Positions 14,200 through 26,929 of a DNA stretch of 64,000 nucleotides are shown piece by piece. Under the pieces are notes generated by a model. It did not search any database, was not told where the DNA came from, and worked only from the letters and a program-made list of their open reading frames with translations. The stretch is from Geosiphon pyriformis uo1 (taxonomy: Eukaryota > Fungi > Glomeromycota): assembly GCA_016748015.1 (NCBI GenBank), contig JAAOMT010000770.1:40231-104230 (forward strand). Reading direction: 5' to 3'. A program made the translations under genes and the position numbers. Position 1 is the stretch's first letter, and each line of letters starts with the position of its first letter.

Positions 14200-14665
14200 A
14201 TTATTTCTGAACTTATGATTCTGGTTGATTCTAAGATTTACACAGAAACTGAATTGGCTAATGACTTCATTCCCAAAGTTGCAATCTTGTGCATAGTTTA
14301 CGTTGGAGTTGAATCTGTCGGTCAAGAAACGAACAAGCAAAGCTATTTCATTTCTCGGATGAAGATGAACGTTTAGTATGAAAATCAAGTAAACTCACCA
14401 AGATGCTTCTCTCAAATCCGAGATACAACGTCAAAAATTAATGACAATTGAGTAATTTTTTTCACAACATTATGGCGTATCATTGATGGAAGGTTTTACG
14501 CTAAGCTTTTGTGACAGCATGTTTAGAAAATTCTTGGAAGAAGTGGCCCTTTCAAAAAGATAACAATCCCAAGTGTACGAGTTGATAGCTAAAGACCTTT
14601 CTTACCGAGAAAGTCATTAACTGATCGTCTTGATCTAAATCCTATTGAAATTTTATAGGCGATAA
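14200..14665 (+). mobile_element. Tc1/mariner DD34E transposase relic A
   Basis: FSDE (14352-14363), FQKDNNPKCTS (14550-14582; consensus FQQDNDPKHTS), and KVIN*S..DLNPIEIL*A (14610-14661) with Trp positions now TGA and TAG. Deletions and frameshifts. Ends approximate. Confidence 0.75.
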
Positions 14666-14995
14666 ATTCAATGTCACATATTAAATTGTTATTAATAAAA
14701 TCTGTTACTTTCGGCCTTTCCAACAATATGAATTAGAAAAAAATAGACACCTATTTGAATAAACATCATTATATGATCCTAAATTTTCCCAAGGATTAAT
14801 TCAAAAATTCTGCGTAAATTAGTGAGTTAGCTTTTATTGCGAATATTTTTTGTCAGAAGCATTTAATTATTACAACTGATTTAATTGCGAAAAAAAAACA
14901 ATAAATATGGTATTGGGTCTGATGAATTTATAATGTAAATAAATCTTTTTTACTAACACGAGTTTGAATATTAATTTTACAATATATTCACAAAA

Positions 14996-16290
14996 ATGAT
15001 TTCTTCGGATTTCAAATACTGTATTTTCTTCAACAATACATTGACACTGGTAATGGGGCTTTTCAATGACAATGGACAAGTACTTGTAGAAAGATTATCA
15101 TCAAATTTTACGCCTTCACAACTCACTTTAGAAGATAGTGGAATCTCTTGGTCCAAAGGCCCAAGACATAAAGAACCAATATTTATCAGCAGCAAAAAGG
15201 TTTCGATTTGAAGCAAAATACATTTCCAATAGTACCAATCCTATGACTTTAGCCTTTTTGAAGCGAATGGTTCATGTAACCAATACGCCATATTGTTCTA
15301 AAAGTAAAGAAATTGGAGATGGGAGTCCACAATTAATAAGTAAGCCGCTTACCTTGGATATTTATTGGCTTAGATTTGAATTTTGGCATTTAATCCTGAC
15401 TTCATTTTTCTTAAAACTGACGCTTTTGTGTGCCCAGAAAGTCAAAATATATATTAAGATACGCTCGAGGTACGATATAAATTCATTTTAAGAATTAAGA
15501 AAAGTTTTCAAGTTGCTAAAAGCTTTATTAAAATTCTAAAAAGGATCTAAACTGACGCCATGACAATGGCAATCCAGAAAATTTTATTTTTCGAAAATGC
15601 ATGATAATCCCCACGTTTAATTTGATACAGATTTACAAAGAATAATTGATATCCTATTTAGATGTAGATTAATCGCTAAGTATTACTATAAAGTCATTTG
15701 ATTCCCAAAGATAACTTTTCTATAATTGTAACTGGTCATAGTATTGGAGGTGGTAAGTGATGCTCTCACAATTTTGAAATTTTATTCTTTTTCATAGCAT
15801 ATGCCATGAGATTGGCAATGCTGATTTTAGGGACAATTAAAAACAGTTGTTACATTTGAACAGCCAAGGATAGGAAATGAGTCTTATGCTAAAATATATA
15901 TCATCAGTGATACTAATCTTTCGTGTGACCAATACCAATGACTATATTCCGCAGTTTCTTAAAAAATCTCAATCTGGTATCGAATACGTGCATCATGAAA
16001 CTGAATACTGAATTGTTGAAGATTGTGAGTGCAATCACGAAACAGAACAAAAGTAAAGAAAATTATCAGGCGTAAAAATGTTCTGGATCTGCAAAAAAGT
16101 CAAAAAAAGCTGTAGAAAATAAAGCAAGTATTGAATCTTTTAAGTTATGTGATAAATTAAATTTGACTTTACTTTGTAAATTTAGAAATGCAACTCTGGA
16201 ACAGATGGACTGGTTGTCAATGTTCACCATGGACCATATTTTGGAGTTATTTTTGGTCAATGTGAAGATTTTTTTGATATGACAAAATAA
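14996..16290 (+). pseudogene. Secreted class-3 lipase (Lipase_3) pseudogene
   Basis: Motifs: PYC; IIVTGHSIGG nucleophile elbow (15734-15751) followed by an intron; VVTFEQPRIGN (Gly to Glu, GAA at 15858); FRVTNTNDYIP; YVHHETEY*I (TGA at 16009 for Trp); C-terminal HHGPYFGVIFGQC then stop at 16290. Frameshifts present. Confidence 0.85.
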
Positions 16291-17799
16291 ATTATCTTTT
16301 ACTTTGATAGCTTATTACATGTAAAAGTTTTCTGTTTTAAAATAAATTCAAATGATATGTCATGTCAGGTTTTTTGAAAAAAACGGTTAAGATCAATGAG
16401 ATTAATTGGATTGGGTTTGGGTCAAACTTTTCTTTGAGAAAATTGGTAGCAATATTGGAGGTGTGTGGTCTTGGATTATCTTGTTGAAACCAAGTTAATC
16501 AGGTGATAATTTTTGGTTTGACACTATAATTTATATATATTTTTTGAATTAATGATTAAAAATCATTTAAAATTTTAATAAGTTTAGTACTTATTCATTT
16601 TCTATTGTATATATATATTAATAGTTATTTTCTTACCAGAATTTGAAAACGATAATATCTAAAGCTACAAATAAAGCTGAAAGCTATATTATTTTGATAT
16701 AAATACCCTTAAATCTTTTTCAAAAAAAAATCAAATTTCGATTTGATTTTTTTAATTAATAAAAATTCATTTTTTTGATTAATAATCTCATTTTCAGTTT
16801 AAAGTGATATAAAGAATATATTTCTCATAAATAAAAAAAAAATTTTCGGTGTCAAAATGAATATGTCATCTCCTTATAATCAACTAACTCGTTTTTGGAA
16901 AGTAAAGCTTAATATAAATTTATTTTAATTTTTAACAATTAATTTTCATTACTCGAAAAAAAAAATCTATTTCATACAAAAATTATAATATATACATATA
17001 TAATTTATGCCAATAATATTACCAAATGATAATAATTAAAAATTTTACTCATGTATTCTTTTAATGTGTGTTTATTAATTATTTGAAATTTTAATCCATT
17101 TTAAGTCTTTTAAAAAAGTGACAGAGATGCAATCATTCGACTTTTTTGTTTTTGGCTTTGTTTCCCTGAATTTGGGTAAAAATTTTCCTTTTTTTGAAAA
17201 CAATCTTTTAACAATCAATTTATTTTGGTTCAGCTTCCCCCTTTTATATATTATTTAAACTGCATGGCAAATTTTAAGAATGCCTCTAATGCTTATTTTT
17301 AATTAATAATGTAATTGATTGAAGCATATTTTTTGGGAGTCTGCTATATTTTTTTAAAAATTCAATTTTTATTTCATGGTTTCAAAAAAAACATGATATT
17401 TTCTCTACACTATTCTTTCTGGCCAAAATTTAAAAGATCAAAAAGAAAAATATAAAAAATTTAATAGAAAACCAGCAATCTGGAAACTAATACTTTTTTA
17501 TTTTAGAAATTCCCAATCTTATGAATTTTCTATTTCAAATGTCTTTTTAAGAAATTCTTAAAAATAGTTTAAATAGAAGAATTATTATTTCTTTGACTTT
17601 AGCCAATCTACCCTATTGCCTACGTAATTAATCCAACAAACTATCAACAAGCTTTCCAGCAAAACTTGAAATCAATCATCTCGTACACTTTCAGAATTTC
17701 TTCTCCAATCCATGGACTTATTTACCACTTGACTAGTAATCATTTTTACTCCTTTTAACATAAAATTTGTCATTTTTTTAAAAAGTAAGTAAGATGTTT

Positions 17800-18985
17800 A
17801 TTATTTTTTAAAATCAACCAAGATTCCTTCTACAGCCTCCAAATACCGTTGCTGGATTTTCGAACCGATTCAATATCAATATCAATATCAAATATTGCTT
17901 TGATTTGACTAAGGTATATTGAATCTCCATGAATTGGGAGTTGGCTTATTGATACTTGGAGACGTAAATAAAGTTTTGCCTGGAAAGAAAATCAATAAAT
18001 AAGATATTTCTTGTCATATAAATAAGACCTGCTTAAAAAGTAATGATACTAAATAAAATTAGTTATTGAATTTTTTTAAGGATTTAGTGAAGAAATATTT
18101 TTTTTTTCTTTTATAATTTTACTTATATTGAAGAATAAAGACAAGTTTAAAAAAAGGAAAAGTCCTGTTAACTTATTTTGTCAAAAACCAAAGAAAGTTT
18201 CATAACTTACAAATAATTACTTGGTTAATTTTTATCTAAATTTGTAAAAATTTTATCACTTTATGATAAAATAAAAACTAATTTTATTTTAACAAACTAA
18301 TTTTAATACATTGATAAAATTTTTGATTATTATTTTTAAAAATAATTTAAGATTAAACATTAATGATTATTAATTTCTGCTGTCATTGTAACAATGATGA
18401 TAACAGTAATGGTGGGATTTTACAGGGATTAATAAAAGAACATGTAAGAAATAACCACATTAATCTGGTTTTGTTACAGTATGGCCCAATTCATGTATTA
18501 CAACACATTTCAAAATTGCTAGCCGAAAATTTCTTTTTGTTTTATTTACGGAAAAACTTAATCAATCATACAGATTAAAATATTTCTTGATTTCTTCCAA
18601 TAATTGAGAAAAAAAACCTAATCACAATACAAATTAGTAAGTTTTTTTTTCAAATGTTATTACATTTAAATTGCTCGCTTACCAAGCTGCAAAGTAATGC
18701 CATCAATCACAGATATAAAGGCTGAGATTCCGTTAGTGTTATCATTATTCATACGATTAAAATTCGGGATTGAATATAATGTCAATTCAAAGAAAATTTT
18801 TTATTTCGGGTTATTTTGTGTGTATAAAGTTTTCAATGGAATAAAGTTACCAAAATATATTCCAAATATCGTAGCACTAGGCAATGTCATAGCATGTTAA
18901 CCTTTTTACCATTTGTCCCTGCATGAAGATGAGAATGCTGTGGTCAAAAGTTGGTGCATAAGATTATCAAAGATGCTTTCCTGGA
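17800..18985 (-). pseudogene. Decayed multi-exon gene with a zincin HExxH-like motif (tentative)
   Basis: The minus strand reads LAILKCVVIHELGHT (HELGH at 18495-18481). AG/GT-bounded exon-like, GC-elevated blocks with in-frame stops lie at about 18980-18673 and 17978-17815. Confidence 0.3.
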
Positions 18986-20536
18986 ATAAAGTTGAATTTT
19001 TTGGGACTTGAATGTGAACTAAAAAGTCCTCATGATAGATGATTGACTAAATTTAAAATTTTATTCAAGTTTGCCTATTTGTAATTAGCCTAAAGAGGAT
19101 GAAAAAGAGTTCTTTGTATTGAGAGAAATTTTTTAAGCAAGTAGTCTTTCGAATCGATCATTTATTATAAAATTCAGAAAATAATAAAATTAAAAAAAAC
19201 TTTCAGGGAAAATTACTAGGAAAAGGAAAAGGAAAAGGAATACATGTTTAAAATTGTCATAATTAAACATTTAGGGAATATTTGAAAAAACGTCATTATT
19301 TGAATGGACAGCTTATTGTTCTTAGCACATGAATCTGTGAAATAATTCAATATTGGGAAATAATCGAATAAATTATACTCAAAATATGATGATTAAAAAT
19401 GATAATTATTATGAAAATAAAGTAAATATTCTACTAACAAATTATCTTATCGTTTCCATAGTCAAAGATAATGGACTTGTTTATTATCAAAATTTCTAAT
19501 TATTTACCTCATAACCAATCTTGTGGGACCTTGTGCAGATTTGAATCGTTTCGAAAAATTAATTTTCAAGGATTTTCTCAAAATTCCTTTTTATTTTTCT
19601 GTAAGATTCTCAAATGATTTTTCCAATAGTGATACCGAATTCATAAGCCGGTTTATATCCGAGAAGTGTATCACGCTTGATATTAAAAAGTTTTTTTTTC
19701 CCAAAAACGATGTCAACGAACAAAAACTTAAAGATACGAAACAAGAGAAGCTTTGCAAAAGGATTTTGTTCAGTGTATCAATTGTTTCAAAGAATTAGTA
19801 ATGTCAACCTTCAATCATTTCTAAAGCAACTCTTTCGAAAAGCAAAAGAAACAGGGGCCGTAAGTCAATATTTTAAAAATTTAAAAATTTTATAATAATA
19901 ACCTTTCATGGGGTTAAAGCTTCTGTCGTTCAGTTTAATAAAAAAAAATAATTACACCGAATATGTTAGGTTCATACCCCTCCCCCTATAAAATAATTGT
20001 GATCCACTTCACCATTTTCCAAAATTAGAATCGATTTCTTTCATTCCAGAGTGAAGGCTGTCTAATCAAAATTGCTTGAGTAATGTTTTTGAGAGAGATT
20101 AGGAAAAAAACTTAATAAATTCCATATCCGGAGAAACCTTTTCTAAGGGGAAAAATCTCTATAATTGCATTTTTGTCAAATAAATCTTTCTCGAGATCCA
20201 TATTCCATTTGAAACTATATATATATATATATAGAGAGCTTTGCCAGTCACTGGTTAACGTTTCAAAAAAGTAAATAGGACTCCGTATTAATTTTAATGC
20301 CATAAACCAATTTTTCAACGCCCTGCACTTGTTTCTTCTTTTCAAATAATACCTTTGAATAGGGGAACGATTGACGGTTAACATTAAAACTTTAATTTCT
20401 CGTATTGATATTTGAAAATTTGTTTTTGTGCTTTTTTTGAAAAAATAAAAACACCTTTGAAAAAGTATTTAGAGCTAGGGTGTATATAAAAAATAACTTC
20501 ATAAAATCTCCCTTCAAAAATCCTATTTTTTTTTTA

Positions 20537-21851
20537 ATGGAAGTAATGGGTTATTATGTGTCCGAGCATGATTTAGTCCAAGGTCAAGTAGCCGTTTGGA
20601 TATTTGGTACACTTAGTAATCTCGTCACTACTGGAATACTGTTTTGGATTTGTGCCAAAACATCAACAAATAAGATGATAGGTCGTCTTGTTGTAAATTT
20701 ATTAATTTCGGATTGGGTACAAAGTTTTGGCTTTGTAATGAGCTCTAATTGGATTTTTCAAGGTGGTATTTATGAAGGGTTTTTTTGTACTATACAAGGA
20801 ATGTTTTTGAATCTCGGTGACGTGGCTTCTGGTGAGCTATTTCAACTTTTCTCCATAAAAAAAAACTATTATTCTTTGATATTTCATCAGGCTGAGAATA
20901 AAATATCTCTTTTTGTTTTGTTTTGTTTTGTTTTTTCATTTTTTGTCAGGATGCTGGGCAATGTCAATATGTATTCATACATATCTTTTAGTCGTACATT
21001 CTTATGAATCAAAGTATCATCTAGTGATATCGATGGCAGTAATTTGGCCAGCAAATTTACTCATGATATTCATTGGACACGCTATACAAACGAAAAAAAA
21101 TGGTTCATTTTGGGCACCAGCGGGAGGAGCTTGGTGTTGGATATCAATCAACTATCCTTTATATCGTATACTCTTTCATTATGGTATAATTGTATTACTG
21201 GCAGTTTTCATGGTTGGTATGTACGCAGTAATGTATATGTCATTATGGCGCCGACAAAATACTACCCAGCGGGAAGCTTCAAGACAAGTTCTCCAGAGAA
21301 CTAGCAAGAAACTTGTATACTACCCAGTAGCATATGTTATTCTTGTTTTCCCTTTGGCTTTTCGTAAGTGTGATCAATCCAATTTAAATTTTTAATTTAA
21401 CAATAATTTTTTATTATCTGACCAATATTTCTTTATTCTCTATATCTATATATGGTAGAACGTTTTTTGGCCTTTGGCGGTATACAAATGCCATTCCCAT
21501 TGTAAGTATTCTAATTACTAAATTTTATTGATCTATAATTTTTTTTTCTCATTATAAATCCTTTCAATTCAACAACTTTTACCCAATATTTTTATATTTT
21601 ATAGTCTCGTGGCTGCTGGATGTATATTCGCGTTATCTGGAATAGTTAACAGTATAATATACGGGTTTACAAGACACGTGGTAACAATCACGCCAAACAT
21701 TTCATTTCGACAAGTACAAAAACGACCAATAAGCACTTCAAATGGCATCGATTCTTCAAAACCAATGAACACTTTTACTATTAGTGTGACAACACAGACT
21801 GAAACTCGACTTTCACATTGGAATCCGAATTTAAAAGAAGTAGAAATTTAG
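20537..21851 (+). CDS. Git3/Gpr1-family 7TM GPCR, paralog 2 (about 332 aa)
   Basis: Exons 20537-20831, 20950-21363, 21459-21501 and 21605-21851 (999 nt, in frame). Intron positions and phases match paralog 1. Motifs: NLLISDWVQS, CTIQGMFLNLGDVASG, ICIHTY, GAWCWI, KLVYYP, GIVNSIIYGFTR. Confidence 0.9.
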
Positions 21852-22589
21852 TAATGTTCTAAACTAAATTAATATTATTTACTTATTTTTTGTATTTGAT
21901 TTTGATTTTAAGTTGTAATTGTTTGGCTTTCTTCTTTTTTTTTTTTTTTTTTTTTTTTTTGTTTTGTTTGTAATATCAATCCTTTTAAATTTCATTATTG
22001 GGCTGGATTACTCCATCTTTCTGGAAAAAATATTAGAATAGAGTGTGTGTTGTTTGTCTGTATATAATTCAATCTTCAAATTTTTGATCTTTTTGTACAT
22101 TAAGTTTAAGCATATAAAGAACAGGCAAACCATAAGTTTTTTTATTTTGAGAAAAATGTCAAAAATTTATGGATGACAAAAAAATAAAAAAATTGAAGAT
22201 TAATAATGATGATTTTTTTAAAGCGTCCCTATCATTAAAATTAATTAATTCCTTTTTAAATCATAAATCGGTTTTTATATAGGATTCGCTTTGAAATTTT
22301 CAGTTTCGTTATCTTGAAAAAAAAAAATATATTTAGAGAATTAAATGCATCAAAAATTTTATTTTTGCAAGTTTGAACTGAATTTTTGTGCTCAAAATAA
22401 TTTTTTCATTCCTTTCCTATATCGTAAATTTATCTTAACTGACTGACCTCAAATACTTAAAGAACATCAACATTTTAATGCAAAATTAGTAATTCAGATT
22501 GAATTATTCAAAAAATTTTAATTTAATAAATTCAAGATTACTAATAAAATTAAATTTTTTTCACTATAAATTTATTTTTGAAAAATAAA

Positions 22590-23110
22590 CGTCTACCAAT
22601 CGATCGGATAACACTTCTTTGACACGTTTTGGTGTCGAGTCAATAAATTGAAGAATTATCTTTAATGAAATAACATTTCAAGGAGTAAAGACTACCTCCT
22701 TCTATTCATGGCTTTCTGTTTCTCTCCATATATTTTCCATTTACCATTTCAAAGGTCATAATTTCAAAATTATCTTGGAGTTCTGATGATATTGCTTCTT
22801 TGGTGGTCATAATCATTGGCTTTCATATGCTTCACCGGTCATAAGTGAAGAGGTACATCCCTATACCATGATAGATTTACATCCACTTTAAACGGTTCCA
22901 CTTGTATGATCAGAGTTATAAAGCTCATTTTTATGACACCATAAACGAAAATTTTCATAAGAATAGAAGATTCTTCTGTCCAAAGAACACGTCGTCAATT
23001 CCTCTTTGATCCAATGATTACAGGCTTTAGACCAATTTAGCCGTTTGATTCGGTTTACTTCATTAAATCATTGGTTTCTTGTGCATTATATAAGATATGA
23101 TATTTTTCTT
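22590..23110 (-). mobile_element. Tc1/mariner transposase relic B
   Basis: Minus strand: KKPMI..NEVNRIKRLNWSKACNHW..*RRVLWTEES, SGCKSIMV*GC (TAG at 22863-22861), and C-terminal FIDSTPKRVKEVL (consensus LVxSMPxRxxAVI). Frameshifted and internally deleted. Confidence 0.72.
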
Positions 23111-23170
23111 TCAGGGTTTTCATCAAAGTTCTAATGAATGTAGGAGAGAAAATCGTGTCACCCGTTTGAA

Positions 23171-24011
23171 CAGTACCCCCAAAAAAGTCGCAATTTGCAT
23201 GTGTATCCCTTTTTGACTCGCCACCATTATAATATGACATCCACTCGTACACTGCTAAAGGAAACCATTAAATCACTAAAATCACAAAGATGTTTGGACA
23301 TGACCCACAACAATATGCAGCTTTATTGTCAAGTATCAAAAAACTGGAAGATCACCAATACTTTCCAACCACCAAAAAAAATTTGCTGTGTCTAATGCCA
23401 AGGAAAAACAATATGCACCACTTCACGAAATTGTCAACAATTTAGGTCTTCCGTCAACTGCTGCAAATGTACTGTACAACTCTAGACTTCATTCAGATAT
23501 CGCAGAAACATATGCTTATACCCGTGTTAGGTGGTGCAAGGAATATAAAATTACAATTGGGCAAAATTTATCTTCTCTAGTAAGATGAGTGTGAAAATTG
23601 AGAAGCAATCATGACAACTAAGTGTTTTGGGGCACACTGGAAAATTTTTTAATGCTAATTGCTTAGAGCCTGCTTTCAAAAGTAGACGAAAATTCATAAT
23701 GGTTTAAGGGTGTTTCACGGGAGGATTAAAAAGATCATTATTATTTCGCGATGAATACAAAAAAATGATGAAAAAATAAATGCAAAAAACTTACATTAAA
23801 ATCTTAAAAACCAACTTGCTTCCCGTTTCACAAGGCAATTAAATATGTTAATGGAATTTGTCAGCAAGGTAACGCGCCGATCCATACTGCGGGAAATGGT
23901 TAAGGGAAAAATAAAATTACAACTATCAACTGGCTGGCGAATTCGCCCGACCTGAATTAATTTGAAGCTGTTAAAGGACAATATCCAAAAACATGGAGAT
24001 TATTACTCTGA
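23171..24011 (+). mobile_element. Tc1/mariner transposase relic C (divergent from relic B)
   Basis: HTH-like PLHEIVNNLGL..RVRWCKE; NWAKFIFS; CLEPAFKSRRKFIMV*GCF (TAA at 23705); QQGNAPIHTA; NWLANSPDLN*FE. A Tc1-like terminus CAGTACCCCCAAAAAAGT starts at 23171. Confidence 0.8.
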
Positions 24012-25618
24012 TCCCAAGCAGTCAAATGGCCGACAAATTGTTAATAAGATTTAATTTTTTACTTTGGTGTATAAATTAGTAAATCGGGAAAGTATCCATT
24101 TTTTAATCGGGCGTTACTTTTTTGAACTATGCCACAGCCGATCCTAAATTGGGATTATAAAATTAGCAAACCAGTACCTCCGATTCCTAAAGCGTATAAG
24201 AAAAGCTCCACTTAGTTCTGCAGATTTAGACTTGAAACATTTTAAACAAAGTAGAACTCTCCTTCTCATTCATTAGAGTTGAAAGACTAATATCTATTAT
24301 TTGTTAATTTACTTTTTTTTTAAAAAAAAAAAGGAAAGTTACAATATGTAAAAAAATTTCGTAATATTACTCTCATTTCTGTTTTTCACTACTTAATTTG
24401 TTAAAGGCCGCATGATCCAAATTTTGTTTAATATGAAAGTATTCATGGAACTCCTTATTTGCTAACCCATTTATTTGAATTTATATCAAGGGATAAAATT
24501 AAGTCATCAACTTATTCTGAATTTTTACTTCAAAATTTAAAATACTATTTAGCTTTAAAAAAATAATCACGAGATCTAAATAAAACTAATGATTTGAAAC
24601 CAAAAAAAAATTATAGTTAAAAAAACTGCTAAATAATTTAGGGTAGCAAAAAATAAACCTAAATCTCCGAAAAAATGAATTTTTGATAATTTTTTTTAAA
24701 ACACAAAAAAAATACCTTATTTGAAATGTTTTTTTTTTTTCAAATTCATTAACTTTAAAAAAAAAATTTGTAATCATTATGGCTTTGCGTATTGTTCAAT
24801 GAATTTGTTCTCTTAATTTGAATAAATTTTTAATATATAATTTATTAATTTCTATCAAATTTTTCATCCAAATATTTTTCAAAGAGAAAATTCTAACTGT
24901 AAAAAAAAAAAAAGGGGGACATTCATGAGCTGGTCAACTCCATCGCCTTTACTGTTTGTCCATACATGTCAATAGAAAATCTTTTATCGTAAACAACCAA
25001 TTTTTGGTGTTTGATAAACATGCTAGATAAATGGTCAAAATCTTTTGTTTGTTGTAGAAATAGGGATTTATTTGAGTTTTAAAAATGAGGCTCAGGCATT
25101 TTCAAGTTTCAAAATAAAAGTCTATTTTAAATGAATGGCTATTTTAAGTATATTTATTTATTTATTTGTATTCCAAGGTAACATTCTTTGAGGATAAATC
25201 AAGTATATCTCAAGATTGATCTCACGTACAAAAGTAAATATATATTTTTTTCGACTCCTCAATTCAGCGTCATAATTGTGATTAATTTTTTTTATTAAAG
25301 AAAAATTTACAATTCAATATTATGAAAGTGTTATCAAATAAGACAATTTGATTATATGCCAATACCTTTGAAATATATTAGTCACATATCTTCTAATACT
25401 ATTTTCATTAAAATACAATCAATACATCGGTAAGTTGAACAAAGTAATCAAAGAAATCTTTAAAGAAAAAAAGGAAGATTGATCTAAAATAATACAAATA
25501 CATATAGGTTTGAAGGAAAATTCCTCAAAAAAATTGGATAAGCCATCAGGGCAAAAATGTCTTTTTGAAATAATGTTTTGACCAGTTTTTCCAGCATTAA
25601 ATGGCATCAAAAATAAAA

Positions 25619-26929
25619 TTAAGATTTAAAAACTGATAATCTTACATTAGAATCAATTTGAATCTTCACACATTCATGTTTACATTTCATTTCTTTATCG
25701 GAATTCTCCGCGTCATTTTTGGAGACTGATTGTTGTGTATTCGATTTTGTTTCTCTAGCGTCAATTTTTGAAACATTTTTAATGCTGACTGTGGTCTTGG
25801 CTTTTGAATCTTCATGAGTATTACTGCTGTTTAGACGATTTCTTATTCTTGGGACTATTTCGCTTACAGATTTGATTGATACTATATTTCTTGTGAAACC
25901 ATAAATTATGCTGTTCACCGTGCCAGCCGAAGCGAGAAGACAGCCGCTCACAATAGTGCTGATTTATAGAATTTTACAAAGAAAAAATTAATGATATGCT
26001 TTTTGTAAGCTAAACTAAAAAAAAACTCACATTGAATGATGCTTACTATGAAAATGGGAAATCTGGACCTTTAGCAATAACAGTGAAACGTTCTATGAAT
26101 AAAAAAATATTAAATTTCAATCTCAAAAGTACAAATCTTAAAAAATAGTTTAGATACTCACGTAAGGCTAATGGAAATACGATTATAATGTAAACACCAG
26201 GATAATAAATCAATTTTCGTCTAACACGTTGTAAAACTTTTTTTGTATTATCCATTCTCATTACTCCCTGACGACGATATACTTTGATGAACATGAGCGA
26301 ATACAAAACTATCATGAAGACTGCCAGGAATGCAATGATTGCATAATGAAAAAGAATTCGATATGAAGCATAACTTTCACTGATCCAGCACCAAGAGCCT
26401 GTCGCGGAACCATAAAATGGAACCCCATTTTTCTGTAATGCCAATCCTATGAGGCCAAAAGCAAGACTTATCGACCAAATTAAAGCGGCACAAACTCGAA
26501 CATACCATTCAGGTTCAAATGAATGAACAACTACCATATATGTATGTAAACAAATAGCAGTTGCCCAAAATCCTGAAAAAAAAAAATTTGAACTCTGATA
26601 TAACTTATATTTCAAAAAGATTAAAAATCATGCGTTTCAAATTATAAATTTTTTTCACCTGAACCTATATCACCCAGATTAATCAAAATCCCTTGAGTCT
26701 CACAATATGAGTCTGATATCAGGTGCCCATGTGCCCACCATCTATATGTCATCATAAATCCAATGCTTTGAATCCAGTCTGAGAATAGCAAATTCATCAC
26801 TAGACGCGTTACCGTCTTGTTTGAAGTAGTTTGTCTCCAAATCCAGAGAAGCATTCCAGTCGTAGCGAAATTACTTATGGTACTAAAGATGCACATTGCA
26901 ATCATGCCTTTTTGTTCTTTTGTTGACAT
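25619..26929 (-). CDS. Git3/Gpr1-family 7TM GPCR, paralog 3 (about 355 aa)
   Basis: Exons 26929-26659, 26572-26162, 26092-26047 and 25958-25619 (1068 nt, in frame). Same intron positions as paralogs 1 and 2. Motifs: NLLFSDWIQS, CETQGILINLGDIGSG, ICLHTY, GSWCWI, KLIYYP, GTVNSIIYGFTR. Confidence 0.9.

Noticed and set aside
24110-24131. Candidate right TIR for Tc1 relic C (GCGTTACTTTTTTGAACTATG)
   Set aside because: The match to the left end is mostly a T run and too weak to call.
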